From Candidatus Delongbacteria bacterium (lineage in GTDB: Bacteria; UBA4055): a stretch of 64,000 nucleotides of DNA. The stretch lies in assembly GCA_016937995.1 (NCBI GenBank), contig JAFGVM010000064.1, positions 27,636-91,635 of the forward strand, in the 5' to 3' direction. Shown here in pieces: positions 8,023 to 17,499 of this stretch. The translations under genes and the position numbers were made by a program. Position 1 is the first letter of the stretch. The number at the start of each line of letters is the position of its first letter. Under the pieces are notes generated by a model. It was not told the DNA's origin, ran no database searches, and worked only from the letters and a program-made list of their open reading frames with translations.

Positions 8023-11000
8023 ATGAAAAATCTCATACCTCATTTGATTCAGGAAAAATATTTAAAAAACAAAACATCCGGATGGATCTTCGGTTCTGTA
8101 GTATCAATTGATCTGAAGGGTTTTACAAAAATGACTGAAGATCTTATGAAAGATGGTTACTATGGTGCAGAAACATTATCTGAAATCATTAATAAAGTTT
8201 TCGAGCCTGTAATTGATATAATATACAAAAAAGGCGGATTTGTCACAGCATTTATAGGGGATGCAATTACCGCAGTATTTCCTAATGAATATGCATTCAA
8301 TGCTGAATCTGCTTCTAAAGATATTTTAAAAAAGTTCAGCAAAATAAGTTCGATCTCAATAGAAAATTATAAATTCAATTTAAATATCAGGATAGGTATT
8401 TCCTATGGCAGGGTCATTTGGAAGATAGTTAATGTTCCTGAAAGATCAGTTTATTTTTTCAAAGGAAAAACTGTAGATCTAGCTGCAGATGCTCAACAAA
8501 AAGCTGTGCCTGGGAAAATAAAGATAGACAGATCGTATAAAATTGAAAATGGTAAACCGAATAATAAGAAAGCAGTAATAGAAAATATTTCAGAAGAAGT
8601 ATTAAAAGATTTTGTTCCTGATAATGTTCTTGAAATGAAAACACTGGGTGAATTCAGAGATATAGTATCAATATTCATTACCTTTAATGAAATCAGCACC
8701 GATCTGATCCTGTTGTCTAAGTTCCTTTGCTCTGAAAGTGTAAAATATAAGGGTTATCTAAATAAGATCGACTTTGGAGATAAAGGAGGTATTGCTCTTG
8801 TAGTATTCGGAGCTCCGATCAAGGTAGAAAAATACGCTGAACATGCATTGTCATTTGCAATTGAACTTGAAAAGAGATTTCCATTTATAAAGATCGGTAT
8901 AGCCAAAGGAATTACGTACTGTGGTTTTGTCGGTAGTGCTAAGAGAGCTGAATATACAGTTCTTGGTGATACAGTTAATTTGTCAGCCAGATTGATAAAT
9001 GTTACTCCTAAGGGAAAGATCAGAGTTGATGAGAACATGGCAAAGTATAATTATTCCGGCTTTGAATTTAAAACCGAAGGTAAGTATAAATTCAAAGGTT
9101 TTTCGAAACAATTGGCTGTCTTTTCACCTGAAGTAAGATCACATAAGAAACATTTGGATGTTGAAAGTGTATTCGTAGGCAGAGAAAAAGAAATGCAGGT
9201 CCTGAAAGATTTTATAGAACCGATATTTAAAAATAGATTCGCAGGATATATACAGATAAATGGGAATGCGGGTGTAGGTAAAAGCAGATTGGTAAGTGCA
9301 TTAAAAGATAATCTTGGAAAGAAGAAATTTAAGTGGTTCTTTATTTCATGTGATAATATCGTAAATAAAAGTTTTCAGCCTCTAATATCATTTCTTAATC
9401 AGTATATTCAACTGATAGAGAGTCTGGATATTTATGAAAAAACAAAAATATTTAAAGAACATTTAGGCGAACTTAAGAAAATAAGTAGATCAATAAAAGA
9501 TAATCTCAAGAAGATAGAATTTTTTCTTGGAAAATTACTCGGATTAAATGTAAATGATAAAACTTTTGAAAAACTTCCTTCACAGGATATATATGAAAAC
9601 ACATTATTTGCATTTAAACACTATATGTTGTCATACTGTACTAAATATCCGGTTATACTTGAAATAGATGATATCTATAAAGCTGATGAACAGACTCTTG
9701 ATGTAATAAAAGTATTATCGAGGTCCGAAGAAAATATCCCATTTTGCATTATAGGCTCTTCGAGATATCTTGATAATGGAGAGAAGTTCGTTCCGGGGTT
9801 AGATGATGTTGATGAATTTTCAATAGAATTAAAAACTTTGACAAGATCATCTGCAAGAGCAATTATTGAGTTTCTGCTTAGTGTTAAAATATCGGACAAA
9901 TTGTTCAATACAATTTGGGAAAAATCCACCGGAAACCCTTTTTATACCGAACAGCTGACACTTTTTCTTAAGGAGTCAAAATTTTTATATCTGGAAGAAG
10001 GTACAATGACCATTGATCCAAAGGAATATGCTATCCCGGAGAAAATAAGTTCTGTTATAATTTCAAGGATCGACAGATTAAGTTCAGAACTCAGAACTTC
10101 TATTAAAACAGCATCAGTGCTCGGTAAAGAATTTTCAGCTATGGTACTTTCAAAAATGCTTAAAAGTGAAGATATTGATTCACATTTAAAACTTATAGAA
10201 AAAGAAGCATTCTGGTCAAACATAACCGAGATGTTATACATCTTTAAACATGCACTTATCAGAGACAGTGTTTATCAAATGCAGTTGAAAAAAACTTTAA
10301 AAGTTCTACACAAACTTGCTGCAGAAACGATAAAGTCTGTTCATAAAAAGGGAATAGAGAAATATTATGCAGATATTGCGTATCATTATGAAAAATCCGG
10401 AGACAATAAAAATACAATAGATTATTTGTACAAGGCAGCTTTGTATGCCAATGAGAAATATTTTTTGAAGGAAAGCATTAACCACTATAACAAATTGTTA
10501 AAGTTTGAAACCGATAAAACAAATATCGCTGATATTAAATGCACTCTGGCAGATATGCTTTATACACTCGGTAAATGGGATGAAAGTAAAGCTCTGTATA
10601 AAGAAGCGGAAGTTCTGGCGAAAAAATTAAAGAATATTCGCCTTATGATAAGAGCAAAATCTGGTATTGCTGAAATAGTATTTGAAAAAGGTGATCCAGT
10701 AAAAGCTATGGAAATCTTTAAGAAACTTAATCTACAGGCAAAGAACAATAAATTGTACAGACTTCAGGCTGATATTTTAATTAATATGGGTGTTATAAAT
10801 CGGATATCATCAAAATTTGATGAAGCCCTTAAATGCTATAACTCAGTAATAAAACTAGACAAATTTAATAAAGATGACAGATTAATGTGCGGTGTTTATG
10901 ATAATCTGGGAGTTGTATATCTGAACAATAGTGAGTTAGGTAAAGCAAAAGAGAATTTCAATAAATCAAAAGAGATAGCAAAAAGAACTAATAATATCGT

Positions 11001-11964
11001 TGGTTTAATGCACGCAAGATCAAATGAAGGAATAATATATTACAGGCAGGGAAATACAAAAGAAGCTGAAAAGATATATTTGGAAGCTTTAAAAGTTGCT
11101 GAAGATATTGGACATCTGAGACATAAAAGTACAATCCTGGGGCATCTTGCTTCTATAAGTTATTACAACACTGACTATAATCAAGCATTGGATTATTTAA
11201 ATGAGGGTTACGATATAGCAAATGATCTCGGTGATAAAGCAAGTAAATGTTATTTGTTGTCGTCTATAGGTGTATTGAACCGGAGATTGGGGAATAATAA
11301 AAAAAGTTTTGAATCATTTGAAATCCAAAAAAAATTGGCAAAAGAATTAAATAATCATGAACAATATGCTATGTCTATCGGAAATATTGCTTTTATGCAT
11401 TCACTTCTAGGAAATTTTAAAAAAAGTAATAAGATGTATGAAGAAAGCAACATTCTTACTAAGAAAGTAAATGACAGGTACAGTCTGGGACATAATTATA
11501 TTAGTATGGGAGAGAATTTCAGGCACTTGAAAGATCACAAAAAGTCGATCGAGTATTACAAAAATGGATTAGTGATCGCGGAAGAATTTGATGCGAAATT
11601 TCTTCTGGTTTCGTCATATTATTATTTTGGAGAAGTATATTTTGATGTGAATGACCATAAGAATGCAAAGATATACTTTAGTAAGGCTTTAAACCTAGCT
11701 AAAGAGCTTGAAAGAGATGATTATATTTTCGACAGCAAATTAATGCTGATATTCATTGATAAAAAGATGAAGGATAAAGAAAAAGCACTCCTTGAATTAA
11801 GACCGGATAAACTTGGAGAAAATAAAAAAGCTAATCTTAACAGAATTCTTTTCCTTACTACAGGCATGAAGAAATATAAAACAGCAGCAGTGAAAATTTA
11901 TAGAGATCTATTTGATAAATTTGGATATTACGAATATAAAGTGGCTTTAGATCAATTAAAATAA
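8023..11964 (+). CDS. multidomain signalling protein: tandem class III nucleotide cyclase homology domains (CHD1+CHD2) - STAND/AAA P-loop NTPase - TPR repeats
   Basis: CHD1 spans residues about 20-200 with IDLKGFT and FIGDAIT (both metal-binding Asp present) but a degenerate GKTVDLAADA in place of the GDTVNLAARL block. CHD2 spans residues about 215-340 and lacks both Asp (FITFNEIS, FGAP) but keeps NKIDFGDKG and GDTVNLSARL (Asn and Arg present). There is a Walker A (GNAGVGKS) and Walker B (ILEIDDIY), and the C-terminal 600 aa are rich in TPR-like repeats. Confidence 0.75.
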   Translation: MKNLIPHLIQEKYLKNKTSGWIFGSVVSIDLKGFTKMTEDLMKDGYYGAETLSEIINKVFEPVIDIIYKKGGFVTAFIGDAITAVFPNEYAFNAESASKDILKKFSKISSISIENYKFNLNIRIGISYGRVIWKIVNVPERSVYFFKGKTVDLAADAQQKAVPGKIKIDRSYKIENGKPNNKKAVIENISEEVLKDFVPDNVLEMKTLGEFRDIVSIFITFNEISTDLILLSKFLCSESVKYKGYLNKIDFGDKGGIALVVFGAPIKVEKYAEHALSFAIELEKRFPFIKIGIAKGITYCGFVGSAKRAEYTVLGDTVNLSARLINVTPKGKIRVDENMAKYNYSGFEFKTEGKYKFKGFSKQLAVFSPEVRSHKKHLDVESVFVGREKEMQVLKDFIEPIFKNRFAGYIQINGNAGVGKSRLVSALKDNLGKKKFKWFFISCDNIVNKSFQPLISFLNQYIQLIESLDIYEKTKIFKEHLGELKKISRSIKDNLKKIEFFLGKLLGLNVNDKTFEKLPSQDIYENTLFAFKHYMLSYCTKYPVILEIDDIYKADEQTLDVIKVLSRSEENIPFCIIGSSRYLDNGEKFVPGLDDVDEFSIELKTLTRSSARAIIEFLLSVKISDKLFNTIWEKSTGNPFYTEQLTLFLKESKFLYLEEGTMTIDPKEYAIPEKISSVIISRIDRLSSELRTSIKTASVLGKEFSAMVLSKMLKSEDIDSHLKLIEKEAFWSNITEMLYIFKHALIRDSVYQMQLKKTLKVLHKLAAETIKSVHKKGIEKYYADIAYHYEKSGDNKNTIDYLYKAALYANEKYFLKESINHYNKLLKFETDKTNIADIKCTLADMLYTLGKWDESKALYKEAEVLAKKLKNIRLMIRAKSGIAEIVFEKGDPVKAMEIFKKLNLQAKNNKLYRLQADILINMGVINRISSKFDEALKCYNSVIKLDKFNKDDRLMCGVYDNLGVVYLNNSELGKAKENFNKSKEIAKRTNNIVGLMHARSNEGIIYYRQGNTKEAEKIYLEALKVAEDIGHLRHKSTILGHLASISYYNTDYNQALDYLNEGYDIANDLGDKASKCYLLSSIGVLNRRLGNNKKSFESFEIQKKLAKELNNHEQYAMSIGNIAFMHSLLGNFKKSNKMYEESNILTKKVNDRYSLGHNYISMGENFRHLKDHKKSIEYYKNGLVIAEEFDAKFLLVSSYYYFGEVYFDVNDHKNAKIYFSKALNLAKELERDDYIFDSKLMLIFIDKKMKDKEKALLELRPDKLGENKKANLNRILFLTTGMKKYKTAAVKIYRDLFDKFGYYEYKVALDQLK

Positions 11965-12224
11965 TTTATCCACAGACAATCTGTTAGATCAACAAAGATA
12001 TGGATCATTAACCCTATACCGATGATTCTTGTTTTTGGGATAAAACTTAAAATTAGATAAATTCCAATAGCGTAATATGAATGCAAAGGATGAAATCCGA
12101 TACTACATCTTGCAGGATCAAAGATCGGAGTAGCTAAAAGATGATCAAGATCGATCAAATAGGCTGCTAACATGATGAGCCATGAGCTCTTCCATTTACT
12201 GTTAAAAAAGAACCAGGCGATCAT
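11952..12224 (-). CDS. hypothetical small membrane protein (possibly a fragment of a membrane-bound metal-dependent hydrolase-like protein)
   Basis: 90-aa ORF with hydrophobic segments and His/Asp-rich motifs (IDLDHLL, HPLHS). It overlaps the 3' end of the convergent 8023 gene by 13 nt and has no clear Shine-Dalgarno, so it is doubtful. Confidence 0.25.
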   Translation of the reverse strand: MIAWFFFNSKWKSSWLIMLAAYLIDLDHLLATPIFDPARCSIGFHPLHSYYAIGIYLILSFIPKTRIIGIGLMIHIFVDLTDCLWINYFN

Positions 12225-12309
12225 GCCCGGTATTAAAATGTGTAAACTATTATGTATAATCGTTTGTAAGATGATTTATTCCTTATTTATAACACCTAGA
12301 TTCCTCACT

Positions 12310-12353
12310 GCGATTTAGATTGCCACACATCCCGATTTATCGGGACAATGACA
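12310..12353. repeat. short dispersed repeat element (GCGA-TTTA-GATTGCCACAC + CCGATTTATCGG hairpin + AATGACA); second copy in inverse orientation at about 22185-22226
   Basis: Direct comparison gives 12310 GCGAtttaGATTGCCACACatcccgatttatcgggacAATGACA against the reverse complement of 22185-22226, GCGA-GATTGCCACACctcgtcaagccgaggttcgcAATGACA. The conserved flanks surround a hairpin of different sequence. Confidence 0.45.
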
Positions 12354-12414
12354 GCGAGTAACCTCATACCTTATATCTAAAAAAGTCTTACATTTCGGTA
12401 ACTCAATGTGACTT

Positions 12415-13110
12415 TTAATCCCTGCGACCAAAAATTCTAAGCAGCATTAGGAATAAATTAATAAAATCCAGATAAAGCCTTAAAGCACCCATGATGGCTT
12501 CTTTCTTATCCTCATCAGTATTTTCATTTCCGATGATGTTCATCTCTTTTATCTTCTGAGTATCATAAGCTGTCAATCCGGTGAAAACAAAAACACCAAC
12601 ATAGGTTATCAGCCAGTACAAAGCACTGCTTGCCCAGAAGATGTTTACAACTGAACCTATGATAATCCCGATCAGTCCCATGAAGAAGAAGCTTCCCCAG
12701 CTTGTAAGATCTTTCTTTGTAGTATATCCATAGAAACTCATTGCAGCGAACATAGCTGCTGTTGTGAAAAAAGCACTGTTTATTGCCTCAGAAGTATAAA
12801 CGATGAATATAAATGACATTGTAAGGCCGTTCAATGCTGCATAAAGAAAGAATACTAGCATGGCTGTTGAAGCGCTCATTTTTTTAACAGCAACAACCAG
12901 ATAACCGACTGCGAAAAGTTCACCAATGAATAATCCGAAAAATAACATTGGATTACCGAACATATAACGCATCATTGATTCGCTTCCTGATACAAAATAA
13001 GCTACTAAAGCAGTTATTAGCAATGCACTGCTCATCCAGTTATAAACTTTCATCATAAAACGTCTTTGCTCATCAGCAACTTCCTGGGATATTGCTCTTT
13101 GTTCAAACAT
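12415..13110 (-). CDS. Bax inhibitor-1/YccA (TMBIM) family membrane protein
   Basis: 231 aa with 7 predicted transmembrane segments. The N-terminus (ISQEVADEQRRFMMKVYNWMSSALLITALVAYFV) and overall pattern are typical of YccA/BI-1. Confidence 0.65.
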   Translation of the reverse strand: MFEQRAISQEVADEQRRFMMKVYNWMSSALLITALVAYFVSGSESMMRYMFGNPMLFFGLFIGELFAVGYLVVAVKKMSASTAMLVFFLYAALNGLTMSFIFIVYTSEAINSAFFTTAAMFAAMSFYGYTTKKDLTSWGSFFFMGLIGIIIGSVVNIFWASSALYWLITYVGVFVFTGLTAYDTQKIKEMNIIGNENTDEDKKEAIMGALRLYLDFINLFLMLLRIFGRRD

Positions 13111-13124
13111 AATGTGCTCCTTGT

Positions 13125-13154
13125 AAAAGAGGGGAGGGTTGGGAACCCTCCCCT
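13125..13154 (-). terminator. intrinsic terminator for the M42 peptidase gene (stem AGGGGAGGGTT/AACCCTCCCCT, loop GGG, U-run on the minus strand)
   Basis: An 11-bp GC-rich perfect stem followed by CTTTT on the minus strand. The sequence resembles the 7743 terminator (AGGGGA.GGT...ACC.TCCCCTACAA). Confidence 0.5.
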
Positions 13155-13170
13155 ACAAAAGTGTTTTTTG

Positions 13171-14208
13171 TTATTTTGCCAACATATACATTATCGTTAA
13201 TTCTGTTGTTGCATCGATTGAATCCCTGTGAACTCTTTCAAATGAATGAGATGCGTCAACTCCCGGGCCGAAAAGAATATGTCTTGCATCAATACCGGTC
13301 CTCAATGCACCTGCAACATCACTTCCGTACATTGGATATATGTCAACTTTGTAAGGTATCTTATTCTTTTTTGCCAGATCAACTATCTTAGTTCTAAGTT
13401 TGTAATCGAAAGGTCCTGTAGAATCTTTTGCACAGATAGATACAGAAAATTCATCGCTTGCCTGACCATGTCCCAGAGCACCCATATCAATTGCAGCTAT
13501 CTCAAAACAATTATCAGGCAACTTGGAAATTGTGCCATTACCCACTTCTTCAGCGACTGAGATGTAGAACCACGTTTCGTACTCAGGAACTTTCTTGGTC
13601 CTTACAAAATATTCTACAGCACCGAAAAGAGCAGCAACTCCAGCCTTATCATCAAGATGTCTTGATTTAATAAAACCGGACTTAGTAACTTCAACTCTGG
13701 GATCAAAATAAACGTAATCACCGATCTCTATACCTAATTTCTGAACATCTTCAATACTGTTAACTTTTTCATCAATTTTTATGCTGATATTATCAAAACT
13801 TCTTTCTTCTTTGCTTAATTTTGCATTTACATGTGCAGAAGGATTATTATGAAGTACAGTACCTCTGTATCTTTTCCCTTTCACAGTCTCGATAGTTACA
13901 TATTCACCTTCAATACTGAACGGAGCAACTCCACCGACTGGAACTAAGTAAACTCTTCCGTCATCACCGATCTTCTTGACCATTCCGCCAAGAGTATCTG
14001 CATGAGCTGTAAGTAATCTGACTTTCTTATTATTTTTACCTTTTAACTTTATGATCAGACCGCCTTTATAAGTTTGTTCACTTTTGATCTTTAGAGCTTT
14101 GGTGTATTTTTCCATTAGTTTTACAACTTTTTCACAATTACCTGAAATACCTTCAGTGTTAAGAAGTTCAGGTAACATTTTCCATGCATAATCTTTAGCT
14201 TTTTTCAT
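13171..14208 (-). CDS. M42-family metallo-aminopeptidase (FrvX/YpdE/CelM-like)
   Basis: 345 aa with M42-typical metal-ligand blocks (LTAHADTLG, HLDDKAGVAALF and a C-terminal GPGVDASHSFER-like region). Confidence 0.7.
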   Translation of the reverse strand: MKKAKDYAWKMLPELLNTEGISGNCEKVVKLMEKYTKALKIKSEQTYKGGLIIKLKGKNNKKVRLLTAHADTLGGMVKKIGDDGRVYLVPVGGVAPFSIEGEYVTIETVKGKRYRGTVLHNNPSAHVNAKLSKEERSFDNISIKIDEKVNSIEDVQKLGIEIGDYVYFDPRVEVTKSGFIKSRHLDDKAGVAALFGAVEYFVRTKKVPEYETWFYISVAEEVGNGTISKLPDNCFEIAAIDMGALGHGQASDEFSVSICAKDSTGPFDYKLRTKIVDLAKKNKIPYKVDIYPMYGSDVAGALRTGIDARHILFGPGVDASHSFERVHRDSIDATTELTIMYMLAK

Positions 14209-14318
14209 TATAAATATCTCCGATAGTAATTTTCATCGTTCAATCAAATTAATTGTTAAGAATTTTATTTCTTAACAGCATCAAAGTAATTTAGTAAATA
14301 TTCTATTAAAAAACAATA

Positions 14319-15668
14319 CTAACGGGATGTTTTAAGCGCTTTATACCATTTTTTCTTTGTATTATTTTCGTGTGATTTGCTTTTCCCGGGTTCTGTTGAT
14401 CTTTTTTGCCTAGGTTGTTTGACCGGTTTAACAGGATCATGGTCGATCAACGGGAAAGGATGGTCTTCAATTACTTCTATTTTCTTGTTTATCAATTTCT
14501 CAATATCTTTGAGAAAAGGTTTTTCATCAGCATCACAAAATGAAATTGCTGTTCCCTCAGCTCCCGCTCTTGCTGTTCTGCCTATTCGATGAACATAAGT
14601 CTCTGAAATATTAGGTATCTCATAATTGATCACGTACTCCATATCATCAATATCAATACCTCGGGCCGCAATATCTGTTGCCAATAATACCCTTGTTGTT
14701 TTAGCTTTAAAATTCGCTAATGCTTTCTGTCTTGCATTTTGAGATTTGTTGCCATGTATAGCTTCAGCCTTTATATTGTTTTTATGCATGATCTTCACAA
14801 GTTTGTCAGCCCCGTACTTTGTTCTGGTAAAAACCAGTGCTGAGTTGATGTTTTCATCTTTTAGAACATCAAGAAGTAATGCACTTTTGTTACCTTTATC
14901 AACAAAGTAAACGCATTGTTTTACAATTTCTACTGTGGACGAAACTGGTGTAACTGAAATATGTGCAGGATCATTCAAAATAGTGGCAGCAAGAGTAACT
15001 ATTTCTTGAGGCATTGTTGCTGAGAAGAAGAGTGACTGTCTTTTCTTTGGAAGTTCGGCTATCATTTTTTTTACATCGTGAATGAATCCCATATCAAGCA
15101 TTCTATCTGCTTCGTCCAAAACGAAATATTTTATATTCCGTAATGTTAAAACCCCCTGGTTCATAAGATCCAGAAGCCTTCCGGGTGTTGCAACTACAAC
15201 ATCTACACCGGATTGTAACGAACTTACCTGAGAATGTTGTTTTACTCCACCAAAGATCACAGCATGTTTAATTCCTGTATGCCTTCCATAAGCCGCAAAG
15301 CTTTCTCCGATCTGGATTGCAAGTTCTCTTGTCGGAGTGACGATCAGTGACTTGATTTTTCTCTTATCTTCGTAATTTCTATTGGTTTCTAACAATTGCA
15401 ATATTGGAATCGCAAATGCAGCAGTTTTACCTGTTCCGGTCTGAGCACATCCGAGGACATCCGATCCTTTCAGGACTATAGGAATACATTGTTCCTGTAT
15501 CGGTGTAGGTATGGAATAACCTTCTTCTTTTATAGCTTTTAAAATGGGTTTGATGATGTTCAGTGATTGAAATTGTATCTCATGTTCGTGCGTCTTAGGT
15601 TTAATTTCTTTTATTTTTGTCAAGTTTAATTTCCTCTTTAGTTTTGTCACTTGACACCAGCGAATCAA
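14319..15668 (-). CDS. DEAD-box ATP-dependent RNA helicase (RhlE/CshA-like); the true start may be an internal TTG near 15623, which has an AGAGGA Shine-Dalgarno
   Basis: Q-motif (PTPIQ), motif I (AQTGTGKT), DEAD box, SAT and HRIGRTARAG motifs are all present. The annotated 5' end overlaps recN by 68 nt. Confidence 0.85.
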   Translation of the reverse strand: MIRWCQVTKLKRKLNLTKIKEIKPKTHEHEIQFQSLNIIKPILKAIKEEGYSIPTPIQEQCIPIVLKGSDVLGCAQTGTGKTAAFAIPILQLLETNRNYEDKRKIKSLIVTPTRELAIQIGESFAAYGRHTGIKHAVIFGGVKQHSQVSSLQSGVDVVVATPGRLLDLMNQGVLTLRNIKYFVLDEADRMLDMGFIHDVKKMIAELPKKRQSLFFSATMPQEIVTLAATILNDPAHISVTPVSSTVEIVKQCVYFVDKGNKSALLLDVLKDENINSALVFTRTKYGADKLVKIMHKNNIKAEAIHGNKSQNARQKALANFKAKTTRVLLATDIAARGIDIDDMEYVINYEIPNISETYVHRIGRTARAGAEGTAISFCDADEKPFLKDIEKLINKKIEVIEDHPFPLIDHDPVKPVKQPRQKRSTEPGKSKSHENNTKKKWYKALKTSR

Positions 15669-17244
15669 TTTCTTTTAATCTATCCGATCCTTCAAGTTTC
15701 TTGATTTTCACCATAGTTTTATTGTTATTAACTTCTTTTCTGACAGAGAAATGGTGAATTCCCTTTGAAGCTATTGCAGGAAGGTGAGTAATTACAAATA
15801 ACTGTTTATTTTTTGATAGAGCTTCAAGTTTTGCTCCGACCTTTTCAGCGATCCTTCCACTGATACCTGAATCTATCTCATCAAATATAAGTATGTTGAT
15901 ACCTTTCTTCTTACTTATGATATTTTTTATAGCAAGCATGATCCTTGAAACTTCACCACCGGAAACTATCTTTGACAGTGGTTTGGAATCCTCTCCGATA
16001 TTGGTTCTGATGAAAAGCTCAATATCATCCATTCCATTCTCAGAGATATCTTTCTCGCTGAAAACAAAGCTTATCTCAGCAGCCGAAAGACCGACATCAT
16101 CAAATTCCTGATTGATCCTTTTGACAAGGTCTTTTGAACCGGTTTTTCTCTGTTCACTGATTTCAGAACAAACGACTTTTAGCTGATCTTCAGTATTTTT
16201 AATTTCTTTATTTAATTTTTCAATATCAAAAGAGATATTTTCAATGGATTCCAACTGACCATTGATCTCATCAAGGTATTTTATTACATCTTCAATTTCC
16301 GGACCGAATTTCTTCTTTAATTTCGAAAGTTTATTTAGTCTGTCATTCAAATAAACAAATCTCTCCTCATCGAATTCCAAACCGTTAACATATCTTGAAG
16401 CAGAGTCATTCAGTTCGGAGAAAGTTGCATAAGCTGAGTCGATGTCTTTATCGAATTCAAGGAATTCCGGGTTTATTCCGGATAATTCTTCACATTTATT
16501 CTTCAGTGTATCTATGGCAGAAAGAACAGAATTCGGGGATCCTGAGATCAAGTGGTCTATATGATCTGAAGTTTTCTTTAAATTTTCAATGTTTTCAAGT
16601 TCTCTCAGCTCTTTGTCTACTTGGGTATCTTCGTCATTCTCAGGTGATATCTCTTCAATTTCTTTCTTGTGATATTCAAGCAACTCTTTTTTATCTTTGA
16701 GTTCGTTCTCTTCTCTGATAGTTTTTTCAAGTTCTTTCTTAAAGTTAATTAACTTTAAATATATTTTTGAAATTCCACCGGTGTTGATATCAAGGTAATT
16801 ATCTAAAATTGATAAATGATTATTCTTATCCAGCAGAGACTGATGTTCGTGCTGTCCATGTACGTCGATTAATTTTTTTCCAATCTCAGTTAGTATATCG
16901 ATCTTAACAGGGGAATCATTTATAAATGCTCTGCTTCGATTACTACTGTTAAGTTCTCTTCTGATGATCAAAGGATCTTCAAAAAGTATATAATCGTTAT
17001 CAGAGAGGATTTTTTTTACTTCATCATCAAGGTTGATAAATTCAGCTTCGACTGTTAATTTATCTTCACCTGTTCGTATCAGAGTTGTATCGATCCGGTT
17101 CCCAAGTATCAGGTTCAATGATGCAATAATAATAGATTTTCCGGCACCTGTTTCACCGGTTAAAATATTAAGACCATCATGAGGAATGAATTCAAGATGG
17201 TCTATAATTGCAAGATTATCTATTGTGAGTTTGCTTAGAAGCAT
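15601..17244 (-). CDS. recN: DNA repair protein RecN
   Basis: The N-terminal SMC-like Walker A (LNILTGETGAGKSIIIASLNLILG), a long coiled-coil middle region and C-terminal signature/Walker B blocks (ILIFDEIDSGISG). Confidence 0.85.
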   Translation of the reverse strand: MLLSKLTIDNLAIIDHLEFIPHDGLNILTGETGAGKSIIIASLNLILGNRIDTTLIRTGEDKLTVEAEFINLDDEVKKILSDNDYILFEDPLIIRRELNSSNRSRAFINDSPVKIDILTEIGKKLIDVHGQHEHQSLLDKNNHLSILDNYLDINTGGISKIYLKLINFKKELEKTIREENELKDKKELLEYHKKEIEEISPENDEDTQVDKELRELENIENLKKTSDHIDHLISGSPNSVLSAIDTLKNKCEELSGINPEFLEFDKDIDSAYATFSELNDSASRYVNGLEFDEERFVYLNDRLNKLSKLKKKFGPEIEDVIKYLDEINGQLESIENISFDIEKLNKEIKNTEDQLKVVCSEISEQRKTGSKDLVKRINQEFDDVGLSAAEISFVFSEKDISENGMDDIELFIRTNIGEDSKPLSKIVSGGEVSRIMLAIKNIISKKKGINILIFDEIDSGISGRIAEKVGAKLEALSKNKQLFVITHLPAIASKGIHHFSVRKEVNNNKTMVKIKKLEGSDRLKEIDSLVSSDKTKEEIKLDKNKRN

Positions 17245-17499
17245 GGTAGTTGCTCTAACTCGGTTTTATTTTATTTGTATGACTGCTTATATTCATGACT
17301 TGTAATATAAAAGAATAAACTACTTTTGCAATTCATTTATTTGATCTGTCAAAAATCTTCAAATTAATCTACACATTTTCTTCTGATACACAAGGGTATT
17401 CTAAGGTAGATTAAATTTAATTATTCTCTTGATTTGCTAGAGAATCGGTTTTATTATTGTATAATTATTAAGTAACAAAATATTTAAGAGGAGTTCAAA

